64,000 nucleotides of DNA from positions 32,001-96,000 of the IMG/VR virus record IMGVR_UViG_3300035193_000067; one strand, given 5' to 3'. Positions 8,208 through 18,094 of the stretch are shown piece after piece. Each line of letters opens with the position of its first letter. Within the stretch, counting starts at the first letter, position 1. Below the pieces are notes generated by a model. The model saw only the letters and a list, made by a program, of their open reading frames with translations, was not told where the DNA came from and searched no databases. The DNA comes from a virus. The translations under genes were made by a program, and so were the position numbers.

Positions 8208-10396
8208 TTATCACCCCAGCATTTGTGAACTTCCAGATCTGCAATAAGAGGAACTGAAAACCCTGTAAAATCTCTGAGCCAGTCTGTCATGTAGTACTGC
8301 ATTATCTGACCAACCCTCTCAACCTCATCCTTATGAGTAATGCAGCAAATTTCGTCATGCACAATATTACCTACCGCAGATCTCAGCTTCTCTTTCCTAA
8401 TCTGTTCATCAATTTTAATCAAAGATAATGCCGCCATGTCTGAAGCAGATCCCTGTACAATTGTATTAACTGACTGTCTGAGTGCATGCTTCTTCGTTTG
8501 GTCAATGTAACGAGTCTCCGAGTTTGGAAAACAACTTCCCAGGTACTGACAGTCTGCACACTTAAAGTAGTGAGGCTTCCCGGAAGATTTAATCATTCTT
8601 TTCAAACTGTCAAGATCAACTTCGTACGCATCGTTCTGGCTCAACCCGATATCCATAGGTTTGATGCAGAATTTGTAGCACTCAGGGCGATCATTGTACT
8701 TTGGCATACTCCTGTAATGAGGTACCTGTAGCTGTGCTGTGGGCAGGTGTCTACGTCTGCCGAACATATTGACTACATATCCGTTTTCCTGAACGAAAGA
8801 ATGAATGTAATCAATCCATTCTTTCAGCACAGGCGCGTTTCCAAAATAGTCCACATTTACAAGCTTTTCAGCTTCCTCTATCTCCATATCAAGAGACTTT
8901 GACAAAGACCATACGCTCTCTCCGTAAATAATACCAAAGTTAATAGTTTTTGCACGGCTTCTCAAGTGACTGGGGACCTCTGCAACATCACAATCAAGCT
9001 TGAATACAGATTTTGCTGTAGCTGAGTGCATATCTTCACCACGATTAAATGAATCAATCCACACAGGCTCCTGAGATACATGAGCAGCTACCCGCAACTC
9101 CATCTGCGAAAAGTCACTGAAAATAAAAACATAGTCATCCGGACACTCCCACATACCTTTAACGATCTTTCCTCCGTTCTCTTTCCGGGGAAGATTCATC
9201 AGGTTTGGATCACTACCTTTCAACCGGCCTGTCAGAGAATCCATAAACACAGAAGGATGCACCCATCCAACCTTTCCACCATCTGAGACTTCATCAACCT
9301 TTACAATAGCAGGTGAAGCGTATGTAGACTGAATCTGTTGAGCTCTTCTGTATTTGGACAGAGGCTCTTTGACAGGATGTTCCAGCTCCTTCAGAACGGA
9401 ATCATCCACAACCCAACCATGTTTATTACGCCGTCCACCAGGAAGCTGCAAGTCCTCAAACAGAACCTTACCGAGCTGAGGATTGGAAGAAACCTTGAAC
9501 TCCTGTCCTGTCAGCTCCCAGATTTCTGCCTCAAGACTCTTCATATCTCGAAGCATGTTTGATTCCACTTCCCTGGCCTTTTGAATATTTAGAGGCATTC
9601 CTTTGGACTCCATACGCACCAAAGCGTCAGACAAAGGAAGAGAAATGTTATTAAACACCCAGTAAGTCTTCTCCTCAATAAGACGAGGACGCATAATGAA
9701 CATCAGAGACAATGTCAAATCAGCATCTGCGCAAGCATATGGATACAAAACCTCCAAAGGAACTTTGTGATACCTCTTCAGATCAGGATCAAAATGAACC
9801 AAAGCATCCTGAAGATCTTCTTTAAACGCTGAAGCGCCTAAATCCAGGTACTTATCCGCCATTCCCAATTTGGTTACTTTTCCATCAGGGGCAAAATCTG
9901 ATTTCAAAGCATGTGAGCACTCTCTGCGCTCTTCGTCCAGGAGAGCATGTGCAAGCATTGTGTCAAACTTAAAATTCTGAACCTCAATGCCTTTTTTTCT
10001 GAGCAGTTCCCTAGAGTCGAATTTCCCATTATGAGCCACCTTTGCAACAGGACTCTCCAAAATACCTTTTAAGGCCTTATCAACGTTCTTTTGATTAGAA
10101 CGCCAGAAAGGAGATTCATCCATACGTATTAAAGGTAAATAAGCCCCTGTACCAGGCTCCCAGGGAGTACTTACAGAGGTTCTTCCCCATGAAAACGCCA
10201 CACCAGCAACTCTAACAGGAGTTCCCGAAACATAATCCTGTTTTTTATCCTTACTCTTAACTGTTGGATGTGTTGTTTCAATATCATACGCCATGTAAGG
10301 AGTCTTCAATAGAGTATTGTACATCCATGACAGCTTCTTTGGCGTGTCGACAAGATGGTAACTCTTAGGGATCTTTAGTTTGTTAAAAAAATTCAT
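8204..10396 (-). CDS. polA: family A DNA polymerase (3'-5' exonuclease + polymerase; no 5'-3' exo domain)
   Basis: Exo I DIET, Exo II HNGKFD, DTMLA, Exo III YACADAD; TGRL...PNLMNLP; motif A DFSQMELR; motif B RSRAKTINFGIIYG; motif C VHDE. Confidence 0.95.
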   Translation of the reverse strand: MNFFNKLKIPKSYHLVDTPKKLSWMYNTLLKTPYMAYDIETTHPTVKSKDKKQDYVSGTPVRVAGVAFSWGRTSVSTPWEPGTGAYLPLIRMDESPFWRSNQKNVDKALKGILESPVAKVAHNGKFDSRELLRKKGIEVQNFKFDTMLAHALLDEERRECSHALKSDFAPDGKVTKLGMADKYLDLGASAFKEDLQDALVHFDPDLKRYHKVPLEVLYPYACADADLTLSLMFIMRPRLIEEKTYWVFNNISLPLSDALVRMESKGMPLNIQKAREVESNMLRDMKSLEAEIWELTGQEFKVSSNPQLGKVLFEDLQLPGGRRNKHGWVVDDSVLKELEHPVKEPLSKYRRAQQIQSTYASPAIVKVDEVSDGGKVGWVHPSVFMDSLTGRLKGSDPNLMNLPRKENGGKIVKGMWECPDDYVFIFSDFSQMELRVAAHVSQEPVWIDSFNRGEDMHSATAKSVFKLDCDVAEVPSHLRSRAKTINFGIIYGESVWSLSKSLDMEIEEAEKLVNVDYFGNAPVLKEWIDYIHSFVQENGYVVNMFGRRRHLPTAQLQVPHYRSMPKYNDRPECYKFCIKPMDIGLSQNDAYEVDLDSLKRMIKSSGKPHYFKCADCQYLGSCFPNSETRYIDQTKKHALRQSVNTIVQGSASDMAALSLIKIDEQIRKEKLRSAVGNIVHDEICCITHKDEVERVGQIMQYYMTDWLRDFTGFSVPLIADLEVHKCWGDK

Positions 10397-10866
10397 GAAT
10401 TTCTGATAATTTTGAAGAAAGCATATTTTGAAATTTCATCATCCTGAGGTTCCTGAAGAATTTCATTATGCTTATCAATTATCACATCCCATGTACCAGG
10501 CTCATAAACTCTCGGCTCATCTCTTCTACGATCCTTGGCAGTATCAATGTCAGTAATAACCCAAATAAGCCAGGACTCCACACCCATTTCTTCAGCAACG
10601 GCTACCAGAGAAAGACGGGAGGACTCAAACACGTTCGTTTCATCCACAATAACACTAAATCCATCCTCCAGAGCTTTTTTGATTGCGTACCTGTCAAGAT
10701 CCTTAATGAAAGGCTCATACTTGTCATCAAACACATATTCACCACGGATCATTTCTCTCAAGGAATCTCTGCTGATAATAACGGTATTCTCGTCAAGATA
10801 TTTTTTGGCATGTGTGGATTTTCCAGATCCAGGAACTCCCATCATCAAAATAAGTTTCTGTTTCAT
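10393..10866 (-). CDS. P-loop kinase (polynucleotide kinase-like, AAA_33)
   Basis: GVPGSGKST, ISRDSLR, VIVDETN, R...R lid. Confidence 0.85.
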   Translation of the reverse strand: MKQKLILMMGVPGSGKSTHAKKYLDENTVIISRDSLREMIRGEYVFDDKYEPFIKDLDRYAIKKALEDGFSVIVDETNVFESSRLSLVAVAEEMGVESWLIWVITDIDTAKDRRRDEPRVYEPGTWDVIIDKHNEILQEPQDDEISKYAFFKIIRNS

Positions 10867-11546
10867 TTTTTCCCCCGTCTTTTAAAAGTTGAACAAAACT
10901 TCTTCAGTTCTTCCTGAGTTACATACTCCTTACCGTCTGACTCCACTGTAGTAGCGATCCGCCCATCCTTAGAAGCTTTTTTCATCGTTGGATAAGAGAT
11001 ACTCTCCTGAATACCGGCTTTCCATAATGTAATCGGATCTTCACTAGAGGTTTTCTCTTCAGGCACATCTTCTTCAACAGGCTCTTTCACTTCTTCAGGA
11101 GCAGTCTCACTCAAAACCTCCTGAACAAACTCTGCCAGCCCACTGCTTTTAGGAAGTGCATCTATACCACAGGAAAGCACCAGAGTTACTTCATCATACA
11201 ACTGTTCAGGAGTTCTCTTATACAGATTCCTGTGCAAGGCTTTTTCAAAATCCTCTCCTCCAATTCCCAACCTGTATGCATAAGTAGCCAAGCAAAAGGT
11301 CTGAACATCACAGGAAATTGCACAAGGCACATCCACGTTACCACGACATTCTGAACACTGTCGGTTTCCTGGGAGCATCACTCTTGAATTGCAGGCATGC
11401 TGCTCCAATGCTGGCTCAGAAAAAAGATTGCAGGGTTTGAAGTCAGGACTCTCAAAAGGATCTTTTTTAAGCTTGTAGTATGCCACAATTCTTTTTAGGA
11501 TATCCGGAGCCATTTTAATTATTTGCTTTGTAGTAGGTTCTGTCAT
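10863..11546 (-). CDS. hypothetical Cys-rich protein with C-terminal excisionase/MerR-like HTH
   Basis: Seven Cys in N-terminal half including CSEC; C-terminal ITLWKAG..ISYPTMKKASKDGRI...GKEYVTQEEL resembles winged HTH. Confidence 0.5.
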   Translation of the reverse strand: MTEPTTKQIIKMAPDILKRIVAYYKLKKDPFESPDFKPCNLFSEPALEQHACNSRVMLPGNRQCSECRGNVDVPCAISCDVQTFCLATYAYRLGIGGEDFEKALHRNLYKRTPEQLYDEVTLVLSCGIDALPKSSGLAEFVQEVLSETAPEEVKEPVEEDVPEEKTSSEDPITLWKAGIQESISYPTMKKASKDGRIATTVESDGKEYVTQEELKKFCSTFKRRGKK

Positions 11547-12703
11547 ATTGCCGCCTTTACGAGTAATGAGACCCTGTACCCTTCCGCATCAGTAAAAGCC
11601 GCTACAGAGGAGTTTAGATCACATAAATATATTTCATCCTTAAACAGGTTTAAAGCCTTTGACAGCCTTTCCTTGTTTAACATAAACCCTTCAACAACCT
11701 TCCCGTGAGAGCTCAGTATTTTCTCTGAAACCTCCACACCTTTGTGAGATTTTCCTGAAATCTCCCACACAAGACTGTCACCGGATTGTCCGAGTATCTT
11801 AAAAGTTATCCAGGAATCAGTAGGACCTAATGAAGAAGTGACCAAATCAACTGCTGAAGCCAATGCTGAAGCGTCCAGTTTGTAGCACTCTCTTAGCTCC
11901 TGCAAACGTGAATTGTTGGTTAGTGAGAAATGGCTTGCATATTCCAACGGGTATGAATCATGAGGAACAGGTAGAGTTATCAAAGTACCATTGGTGAGCT
12001 CAACTCCGGCAATATTGGTGGAGGAAGAAAGCACTATGCTCTTTACAGACTTTTTAAAAGATCTGCACACCTTTGCCAACGTATCAGGAAGAATAAACCG
12101 AGAATCCCCAGTAAATAATGCATTTCCTGTTTTAAGATAAAAGGATATTTGAGAGAATTTACAGATCCTGCTGACACCCCCTTTAGTATCCACAAGAATT
12201 CCTGCAAATTTATTGACAGATCCCTTTTTTGAAGTCTCGGAAATGGCAGACAAACAATCTCCAACACCTTCAACTATCCATTGACAGGAATCTCCTTCAA
12301 TCCTATTGAGCTCAGGTAATCTAATTCTTCTCTTTTTCGCCACAACCACAAAAGATGCTTTTATGTTGTCTTCCTTAAATTCTACCGTATTGCCTTTTTT
12401 GTTGTTTTTCAGAGTAATAGTGACTTCACCTGGATACAGTTTTTTAAAAAATGCAACAACACGCTCTGCATCCACTCCAAAGTAAAAAGGCTCACATGCT
12501 GCAGGTACTTTGGTATTCAAAGATACAGATACTCCTGCAGAGATTCCGTCAATCTTGTCTTCAGAGTACATTGAAAGAGTGTTGTCTTCAACTGATATGT
12601 AAACAATTCCTTTGTCAGCAATGGAGGTATCCACAGCTTTGAAGAAATCTGAAAAGAAATCGAATGACCCTTTTATCTTTTTATCAGCAATAACTAAACT
12701 CAT
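11543..12703 (-). CDS. probable DNA sliding clamp (DnaN/beta-like)
   Basis: 386 aa (beta-clamp size), alternating strand/helix pattern in three repeats, GVDAERVVAFFKKL, YPLEY, and a DnaX-like loader in the same operon. Confidence 0.6.
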   Translation of the reverse strand: MSLVIADKKIKGSFDFFSDFFKAVDTSIADKGIVYISVEDNTLSMYSEDKIDGISAGVSVSLNTKVPAACEPFYFGVDAERVVAFFKKLYPGEVTITLKNNKKGNTVEFKEDNIKASFVVVAKKRRIRLPELNRIEGDSCQWIVEGVGDCLSAISETSKKGSVNKFAGILVDTKGGVSRICKFSQISFYLKTGNALFTGDSRFILPDTLAKVCRSFKKSVKSIVLSSSTNIAGVELTNGTLITLPVPHDSYPLEYASHFSLTNNSRLQELRECYKLDASALASAVDLVTSSLGPTDSWITFKILGQSGDSLVWEISGKSHKGVEVSEKILSSHGKVVEGFMLNKERLSKALNLFKDEIYLCDLNSSVAAFTDAEGYRVSLLVKAAI

Positions 12704-13515
12704 CTCAGCACCGTATCCGTGTTGAAAAATACAGGAGACCTTCCTCCCAGACCAACCATAAGTTCTTTTTGATCATTGTCAACATCTGAAAACATCACTT
12801 TGTTGAATACTCTGTGCACTTCCGCTTCAGCGTGCCGCAGTTCCTTCATGTAAAGCTTTGATGGTTTTGACCAACCCTCAAGAGGACCTGGTGGAAGGTA
12901 TTCAATCATGTCAAGGTACCTTTTAGCTTTATTTGACAAACGTTGATATAATTTTTCCCGGATCTCTTCACAGATCAGGATGCTCTCAGGATCCCCTTTG
13001 TCACCCTGTGTTACATCCATTAAAGTGTAACCGTCATCATCGTCTGAACAGGAACTGGTGTCCAATGAGTAGATGTCAACCTTTGAACCTCTTTTTTCCC
13101 TGTTACAGTATGCTGCATAATCTGCACACATCTGACCAATACGTCGATAAAAGAATGCAACATATATTTTCCAGGTAGCAGGAAAAACCTGATCCTTTGG
13201 TACAATGCTCTTAATCTTGTGATGCTGCACGTAAACACCCTCAGGAGTCTCTCCAAGCTTCCGACAAACCACACCATCCACCAGCACGTTCTTGTCGTAA
13301 AAACCGCCCATATCCTCCCACAGACGTATTACAAGGTACTGCAGTATCTCATCAGGATCTGTTTTGAACTGACGAGCAGTTATAAGTGCTTTTTTAACCA
13401 TAACCTTCTGATGCTCCATAACCGCCTTACGGAAGGAATCATCAAAGTCTTTTGATTTTGAGATGGCTTTAAGATATGATGCCATCCGGGACAATAAATC
13501 TTCTGAAAATTTCAC
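12700..13515 (-). CDS. phage RNA polymerase sigma factor-like protein
   Basis: Region-2-like 'ARQF..DPDEILQ..IRLWE...FFYRRI...ADY...REKRG', then 'SLD...TLMD..GDPE..L..EE.REKLYQRLS'; region 4 looks degenerate. Confidence 0.6.
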   Translation of the reverse strand: MKFSEDLLSRMASYLKAISKSKDFDDSFRKAVMEHQKVMVKKALITARQFKTDPDEILQYLVIRLWEDMGGFYDKNVLVDGVVCRKLGETPEGVYVQHHKIKSIVPKDQVFPATWKIYVAFFYRRIGQMCADYAAYCNREKRGSKVDIYSLDTSSCSDDDDGYTLMDVTQGDKGDPESILICEEIREKLYQRLSNKAKRYLDMIEYLPPGPLEGWSKPSKLYMKELRHAEAEVHRVFNKVMFSDVDNDQKELMVGLGGRSPVFFNTDTVLR

Positions 13516-14447
13516 AAGAGCTCCTTTAGTATTTGCTGAAACTGATCATGAGTAAGGTCTCCAGGATCACCTGTTTCAAGCCTGACTATTTTAGGACCAA
13601 GACCCATCGCCTCAATCTCATAATATAATTTCTGTGCAGCTTCCCATGCATCTGAGTCGAGACAAACTACAGGCACCTTGTGATACAGTCTGCAAAGAGT
13701 TAGAAGGCGCTTCATCTGTCCTGGGGAAGCTTCTTTGGTATTCAGTCCCACCGCTTGTCCTCCCAGAGAAGCAACTTTCCAGGTGTCGGAAGCGCCTTCC
13801 ACAACAAAAAGATAACCACCTTCCGAGATAAGCCAACCCCCGTAAAGTAAATCTTGTATAGGCGATTCTTCAGGATTCTTCCATCTGACATATGCCTTTT
13901 CAGATATGCACCTTAACTGAAAAGTTCTGTACTCTCCGTCAATATCCCAAACAGGTGCTACTATAGTCTGCCAAAGACTTATCCCTTTATGCTCACCGAT
14001 CTCACCATACCTTCCGCCTTTCCCGTACTGCAGACCGAACTCACGAATAATGTTCTCATCAAGACCTCTGTCAGCAAGATACTTTACTACTGACAAAGGC
14101 TCCAGACAGGCCTGATTAGGGAACTCATTGATGATCTTGTCAGATTTTCTGAAGCCTTTTTTAGCTCCAAACAGATCTTCGAATTTAAAATCTGTGGAGG
14201 TCTCCTTGAGCCTGTCAAAAACCTCCCGCCAGTTGGACAGGTTCTCTGACAGTTTGTAAAACAGAGGGAAAGTTCCACGGACTCCACAGGAGCTTGATCC
14301 GCAGATAAACAGACCATCATCAACATTTATGGAGAATGACGGACGACTGTCATTATGAAAAGGGCAGTACGTGTGAATCTTCCCACTGTGGTTTGGAGAA
14401 GCATCAGGAAACTTGGAGATAATGTATGAAGAGATGTCAACGCTCAT
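13512..14447 (-). CDS. dnaG: DNA primase (CHC2 Zn finger + TOPRIM)
   Basis: CPFHNDSRPSFS...FICGSSSC, YLADRGL, VVEGASD, CLDSD, GDPGD. Confidence 0.92.
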   Translation of the reverse strand: MSVDISSYIISKFPDASPNHSGKIHTYCPFHNDSRPSFSINVDDGLFICGSSSCGVRGTFPLFYKLSENLSNWREVFDRLKETSTDFKFEDLFGAKKGFRKSDKIINEFPNQACLEPLSVVKYLADRGLDENIIREFGLQYGKGGRYGEIGEHKGISLWQTIVAPVWDIDGEYRTFQLRCISEKAYVRWKNPEESPIQDLLYGGWLISEGGYLFVVEGASDTWKVASLGGQAVGLNTKEASPGQMKRLLTLCRLYHKVPVVCLDSDAWEAAQKLYYEIEAMGLGPKIVRLETGDPGDLTHDQFQQILKELL

Positions 14448-14862
14448 GTTTAATAATACTAGATAGTCGAGGATAAGGGTTTGTTACAAGGTAACCAGAA
14501 CTTCTATGTACGTTAATAGCCTCAATTAAATCGTTGGGTTGATACACCTCCTTAATATACTTCTCCTTAAGACAAGGAGGTCGCTTTAACCACCATACAA
14601 AACGGTTAAAACAATTTATAGTATGCTGTGATTCTTCTTGTAAAATATCAAACAAATTATGCTCTACCTGAGCAAAAGGGTTAGCACAATAGTCATAATC
14701 ATATGAATAATAACCCTCCGTACCTCTATTATACCCACACATTGTCTGCCACAGGAACAAGGTCTTTCTCTGAAGGTAATATTTATCCTCTAAACCTGCA
14801 TTAAAGCAAATTACGCGATATCTAAGGTTATCTCTTTCATTAACGAACTGTAGCTTTTCCAT
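14437..14862 (-). CDS. hypothetical protein
   Basis: 141-aa ORF with GAGG RBS, aromatic-rich, looks AT-richer than neighbours. Confidence 0.6.
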   Translation of the reverse strand: MEKLQFVNERDNLRYRVICFNAGLEDKYYLQRKTLFLWQTMCGYNRGTEGYYSYDYDYCANPFAQVEHNLFDILQEESQHTINCFNRFVWWLKRPPCLKEKYIKEVYQPNDLIEAINVHRSSGYLVTNPYPRLSSIIKHER

Positions 14863-14879
14863 CTATTTACCTCTTCTGC

Positions 14880-15350
14880 TTATAAAAATTTAATAGGATC
14901 GGTATGCACGCGGACAGTACCGGCTTTACTGTTATATTCTTTCCTGTAATATTCCTGCTCTTGAGCAAAATGGTCTATGAATATTTCTCTGAAGTTGTAA
15001 CCTACTAAGTTTCTTGACCATGTGGAAAAAATAACCTTAGTATGGTTATCGAAAGACCCTCCAGACATTATAGGCACATAAATGCAGTGACCACAAGGTT
15101 CTTTCTGAGCATTAACGCCCCAGAACCACCTTGACGTACCTACACCAGGTATATCAAGATTAGGAAACTCATGGCCTTTACACAATCCTAAAAACCTCAT
15201 AGCAAGATCCTTGGCATAATGGTCAGAATGAGCGATCACAAGAATTGGATACTCCTCTATACCCTCCGGCAGGAGACTCAGCACATCAATAAGCATCCTG
15301 GTAGTATTGCCTCTTACTTCTGAATATTCAGTAACTTCTTCATGTATCAT
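14880..15350 (-). CDS. hypothetical protein, possibly degenerate P-loop fold
   Basis: Start placed at 15350 (ATGA overlap with helicase stop) rather than 15377; RGNTT, ILVIAH and IFIDH resemble decayed helicase/terminase ATPase motifs. Confidence 0.5.
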   Translation of the reverse strand: MIHEEVTEYSEVRGNTTRMLIDVLSLLPEGIEEYPILVIAHSDHYAKDLAMRFLGLCKGHEFPNLDIPGVGTSRWFWGVNAQKEPCGHCIYVPIMSGGSFDNHTKVIFSTWSRNLVGYNFREIFIDHFAQEQEYYRKEYNSKAGTVRVHTDPIKFL

Positions 15351-16714
15351 ATATGTACTTCCTTTGCTATCTCCCACAGGTAATCAACATCTCGGGAGAC
15401 CATCATCTTTGGAATGTCACAGTCCAAATAAACTTCTCGCTGTTTAATATCACCATCACGCACAAGCAACGCCTCAAGCATGATTATCTGCTCCTCTTTC
15501 TCCTGAGGAGTCTGATTAATGGCAAAAGTATAATCCACTGCCTGGGAAATATCAATAGCCTTTCCCTGGTGAGTAGAGTCAACACGCTTTTTGGTCAGCT
15601 CATTTTTGGAAATCTGACGTACTGCCTTATTCCCTTCCTGGTTTGTCTGAGTCGCTGTAAAGAATGGACACTTCCTTTTCTCAACCAGGTATTTAATGTC
15701 CCACAGAATCTGCCCCTGCTTCAGGTTTTCCTCACGTATGGATCTATCTGAACATGCAAGAATGTTCGCATAGTCAAGAGTTACCACGTCAGGTACAAAT
15801 CCTTCCTTCTCCTCAAGACGTGCCAATCTGTCTTCAATATCATAAATATTGGTTTTCTTGGAAACGCCTTTAATGATCTTCAGCCGGTTTGACCAGCTGT
15901 TCACCCAACCCATACGCTCTTTCAGCGTACCCAGCTCATCAGGAGTCAAAGCACCTGCCTTCAACCTATCGTAGTTAATCTGATTGAAATACGCATCATA
16001 TCTGTTCTGAGTCATCTCAACAGAGTTTTCGAGAATTATGTGAACAACGTTGAACCCCTGCATAAGAGCCGCAGCACTGATATCATTGAGAAATATGGAC
16101 TTGTATGATTTGAACGGTGCCAGAAAGTTGACAATTACAGCACCTTTTATCTCAAACTGGTCATCCATTTCTCTAAAACCCATTTTAACAACGGGATTCA
16201 CATCAGGGTTATCCCGCAAATACAAACGCTCTTTCTGACGCTCATCAAAACCATCCGCATAATCCACCACTTCTATTCCAGATCCCTCAAGAATAGATCT
16301 ACCACTTGCCAACTCCTTATTGATTCCATGAAACAGAAAATCAGCTCTGTTTGATTTCTCGAAGGAATCAAAGGAATCCTTGATACCTGCCTTTACTTTT
16401 GAGACTGCAACAAACTGAACAAAATCCCGTACTGCATCTTCCTTGAAAGTAAGTTCTCTTCCATACAGATTCCATATCTGATTTCTGTAGACTTCCAGTT
16501 TGTCTTCATCCTCTTTAAAAGACTCAACCAGCAACGGATCTACATACTCCCAGACAACAGGCTGCCACTTACGATCTTTTAGAATCTTCACAAGCCATTT
16601 ATAAGAATCCACATTAAAAAAACCAGGCTCTACATGAGAGAGAACATCTCTGTCAGAGAAGTCACCTTTTAAAACAGCTGCCAGGATCTCTGATTGAATA
16701 TTTACATGAAGCAA
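15347..16714 (-). CDS. DnaB-like replicative helicase
   Basis: VVHIILEN, VVTLDYANIL, FTATQTNQEG, AVDYTFAINQ, RDG motifs; Walker A atypical (APFKSYKS); next to primase and DnaC-like gene. Confidence 0.82.
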   Translation of the reverse strand: MLHVNIQSEILAAVLKGDFSDRDVLSHVEPGFFNVDSYKWLVKILKDRKWQPVVWEYVDPLLVESFKEDEDKLEVYRNQIWNLYGRELTFKEDAVRDFVQFVAVSKVKAGIKDSFDSFEKSNRADFLFHGINKELASGRSILEGSGIEVVDYADGFDERQKERLYLRDNPDVNPVVKMGFREMDDQFEIKGAVIVNFLAPFKSYKSIFLNDISAAALMQGFNVVHIILENSVEMTQNRYDAYFNQINYDRLKAGALTPDELGTLKERMGWVNSWSNRLKIIKGVSKKTNIYDIEDRLARLEEKEGFVPDVVTLDYANILACSDRSIREENLKQGQILWDIKYLVEKRKCPFFTATQTNQEGNKAVRQISKNELTKKRVDSTHQGKAIDISQAVDYTFAINQTPQEKEEQIIMLEALLVRDGDIKQREVYLDCDIPKMMVSRDVDYLWEIAKEVHI

Positions 16715-16715
16715 A

Positions 16716-17438
16716 TTAAACCTCCCACTGTGACAAGGACAGTCTCAAATCTTCAGCACCAGACACTTTAACAGCTCTGTAATACTGTCCACCCATATCC
16801 CCGGAAGGCTGTATCTCCAACAGGCTGTCAAGGACTCCTTCATACCTACCGCTCAGATCACCTGGTGAATAGTTGGAAGTAATTACCGTAGGAAGCTGAT
16901 GGTTCCTTCTATACTGCAGCATCTTCTGAAGTTCTGAAATCATCTGATCCTTCTTCCAGGCAGGAGTGGAAGGCTCGTTCCCCAGGTCATCCAAAACATA
17001 CCATACTGCATGAAAGGGTTTGTCACCTGACTCATCCCTGGAATTAACCAAAAATGAATGAGCATCTTCAAACGCATAACTTCTATGGGAACTGTACAGA
17101 GACAAGTTTGAAAAACATCCTACCACTTTACTCATAATGAAATGTGCCAGAGTTGTTTTACCTCTACCACGATCTTTAGAGTAAATGTACAGACTCAGAC
17201 CCTTTTTATCAACTTCAACGATATTGTTCAAAAAATACTTTACAAAATTCTCTCCAGACTCAATCTCAGGCCACTCATAGTTATCGTAGACAATATCCAG
17301 CGAGTTCTTGTAGAAACCACCATCAATAAGACGGTTGTACACCCTGAAGCGCTTCATGCACTCACAAGGTACAAGTCTGTCAATGAACCCGTCCGAGCAC
17401 TTAGTGCAGGCTCCTACAATTTCATCCTTTAAGCTCAT
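16716..17438 (-). CDS. DnaC/IstB-like helicase loader ATPase
   Basis: CTKC...PCEC Zn site, GRGKTT, VLDDLGNE, PTVITSN, SGAEDLR. Start placed at 17438 (TAATG overlap) rather than 17468. Confidence 0.85.
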   Translation of the reverse strand: MSLKDEIVGACTKCSDGFIDRLVPCECMKRFRVYNRLIDGGFYKNSLDIVYDNYEWPEIESGENFVKYFLNNIVEVDKKGLSLYIYSKDRGRGKTTLAHFIMSKVVGCFSNLSLYSSHRSYAFEDAHSFLVNSRDESGDKPFHAVWYVLDDLGNEPSTPAWKKDQMISELQKMLQYRRNHQLPTVITSNYSPGDLSGRYEGVLDSLLEIQPSGDMGGQYYRAVKVSGAEDLRLSLSQWEV

Positions 17439-18094
17439 TAGAGAGACTCCAGGTACAGCTTTGACCAATCTGTTAAGGAATCAGGAGATTTCAAAAGATC
17501 CTCCCGACAGAACCACTCAAGAGTTTTGCTGTCTGAAGAAAAATCAATGCGTCTCTTAATGTCTTCACTTACTTTTATCAAGTAGACGATGCCTAAATGA
17601 TTGGATGCATCAAAAGAACCATCTGCAGCAAAATCCGAATAAATAAAACAAGTAGGGTGTCTAAAATTTGCCTTCATCATTAAATCATCAAAAGGTACAC
17701 TATCCTTTATTGAAAACTCATTAGAGAACCTGCGGTAAACTGCATTGGTTATATAGGAGTACATGTCACGATTTCCAGGCATCTTATCAAGATCTGTTAC
17801 ATGGCAGGAGATGCCTATGGAAATTTTCCCGTAATTACGACTGGTAGACTTTTCAACCGAATGAATTGCATACAAGTCTCCATAATTCAGTACCAAGTAA
17901 GGAACAAACTGCTTGAACTCTAACTCCTTTTCTGCAAAAGTTCTGTCCATGAAATATGCATGCGTAGTTATATACTTAAAGTAATTAATGTCCCTGGAGC
18001 AACCTGTAAAATATATATTCTCAGTTCTTTCCATGTCGAAGAAACCTGTCATAAACTTACCATCAAAACCAAGCACCAAATCCAAATTTTTCAT
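17438..18094 (-). CDS. NUDIX-fold phosphoesterase-like protein (YmaB-like), Nudix box degenerate
   Basis: FKQFVPYLVL, KISIGISCHV, HLGIVY, terminal 'LTDWS'; start placed at 18094 (ATGA overlap). Confidence 0.65.
   Translation of the reverse strand: MKNLDLVLGFDGKFMTGFFDMERTENIYFTGCSRDINYFKYITTHAYFMDRTFAEKELEFKQFVPYLVLNYGDLYAIHSVEKSTSRNYGKISIGISCHVTDLDKMPGNRDMYSYITNAVYRRFSNEFSIKDSVPFDDLMMKANFRHPTCFIYSDFAADGSFDASNHLGIVYLIKVSEDIKRRIDFSSDSKTLEWFCREDLLKSPDSLTDWSKLYLESL

Noticed and set aside
8490-8740. Intein or intron in the DNA polymerase
   Set aside because: No Cys/Ser start with His-Asn end, no homing endonuclease motifs, too short, frame continuous.
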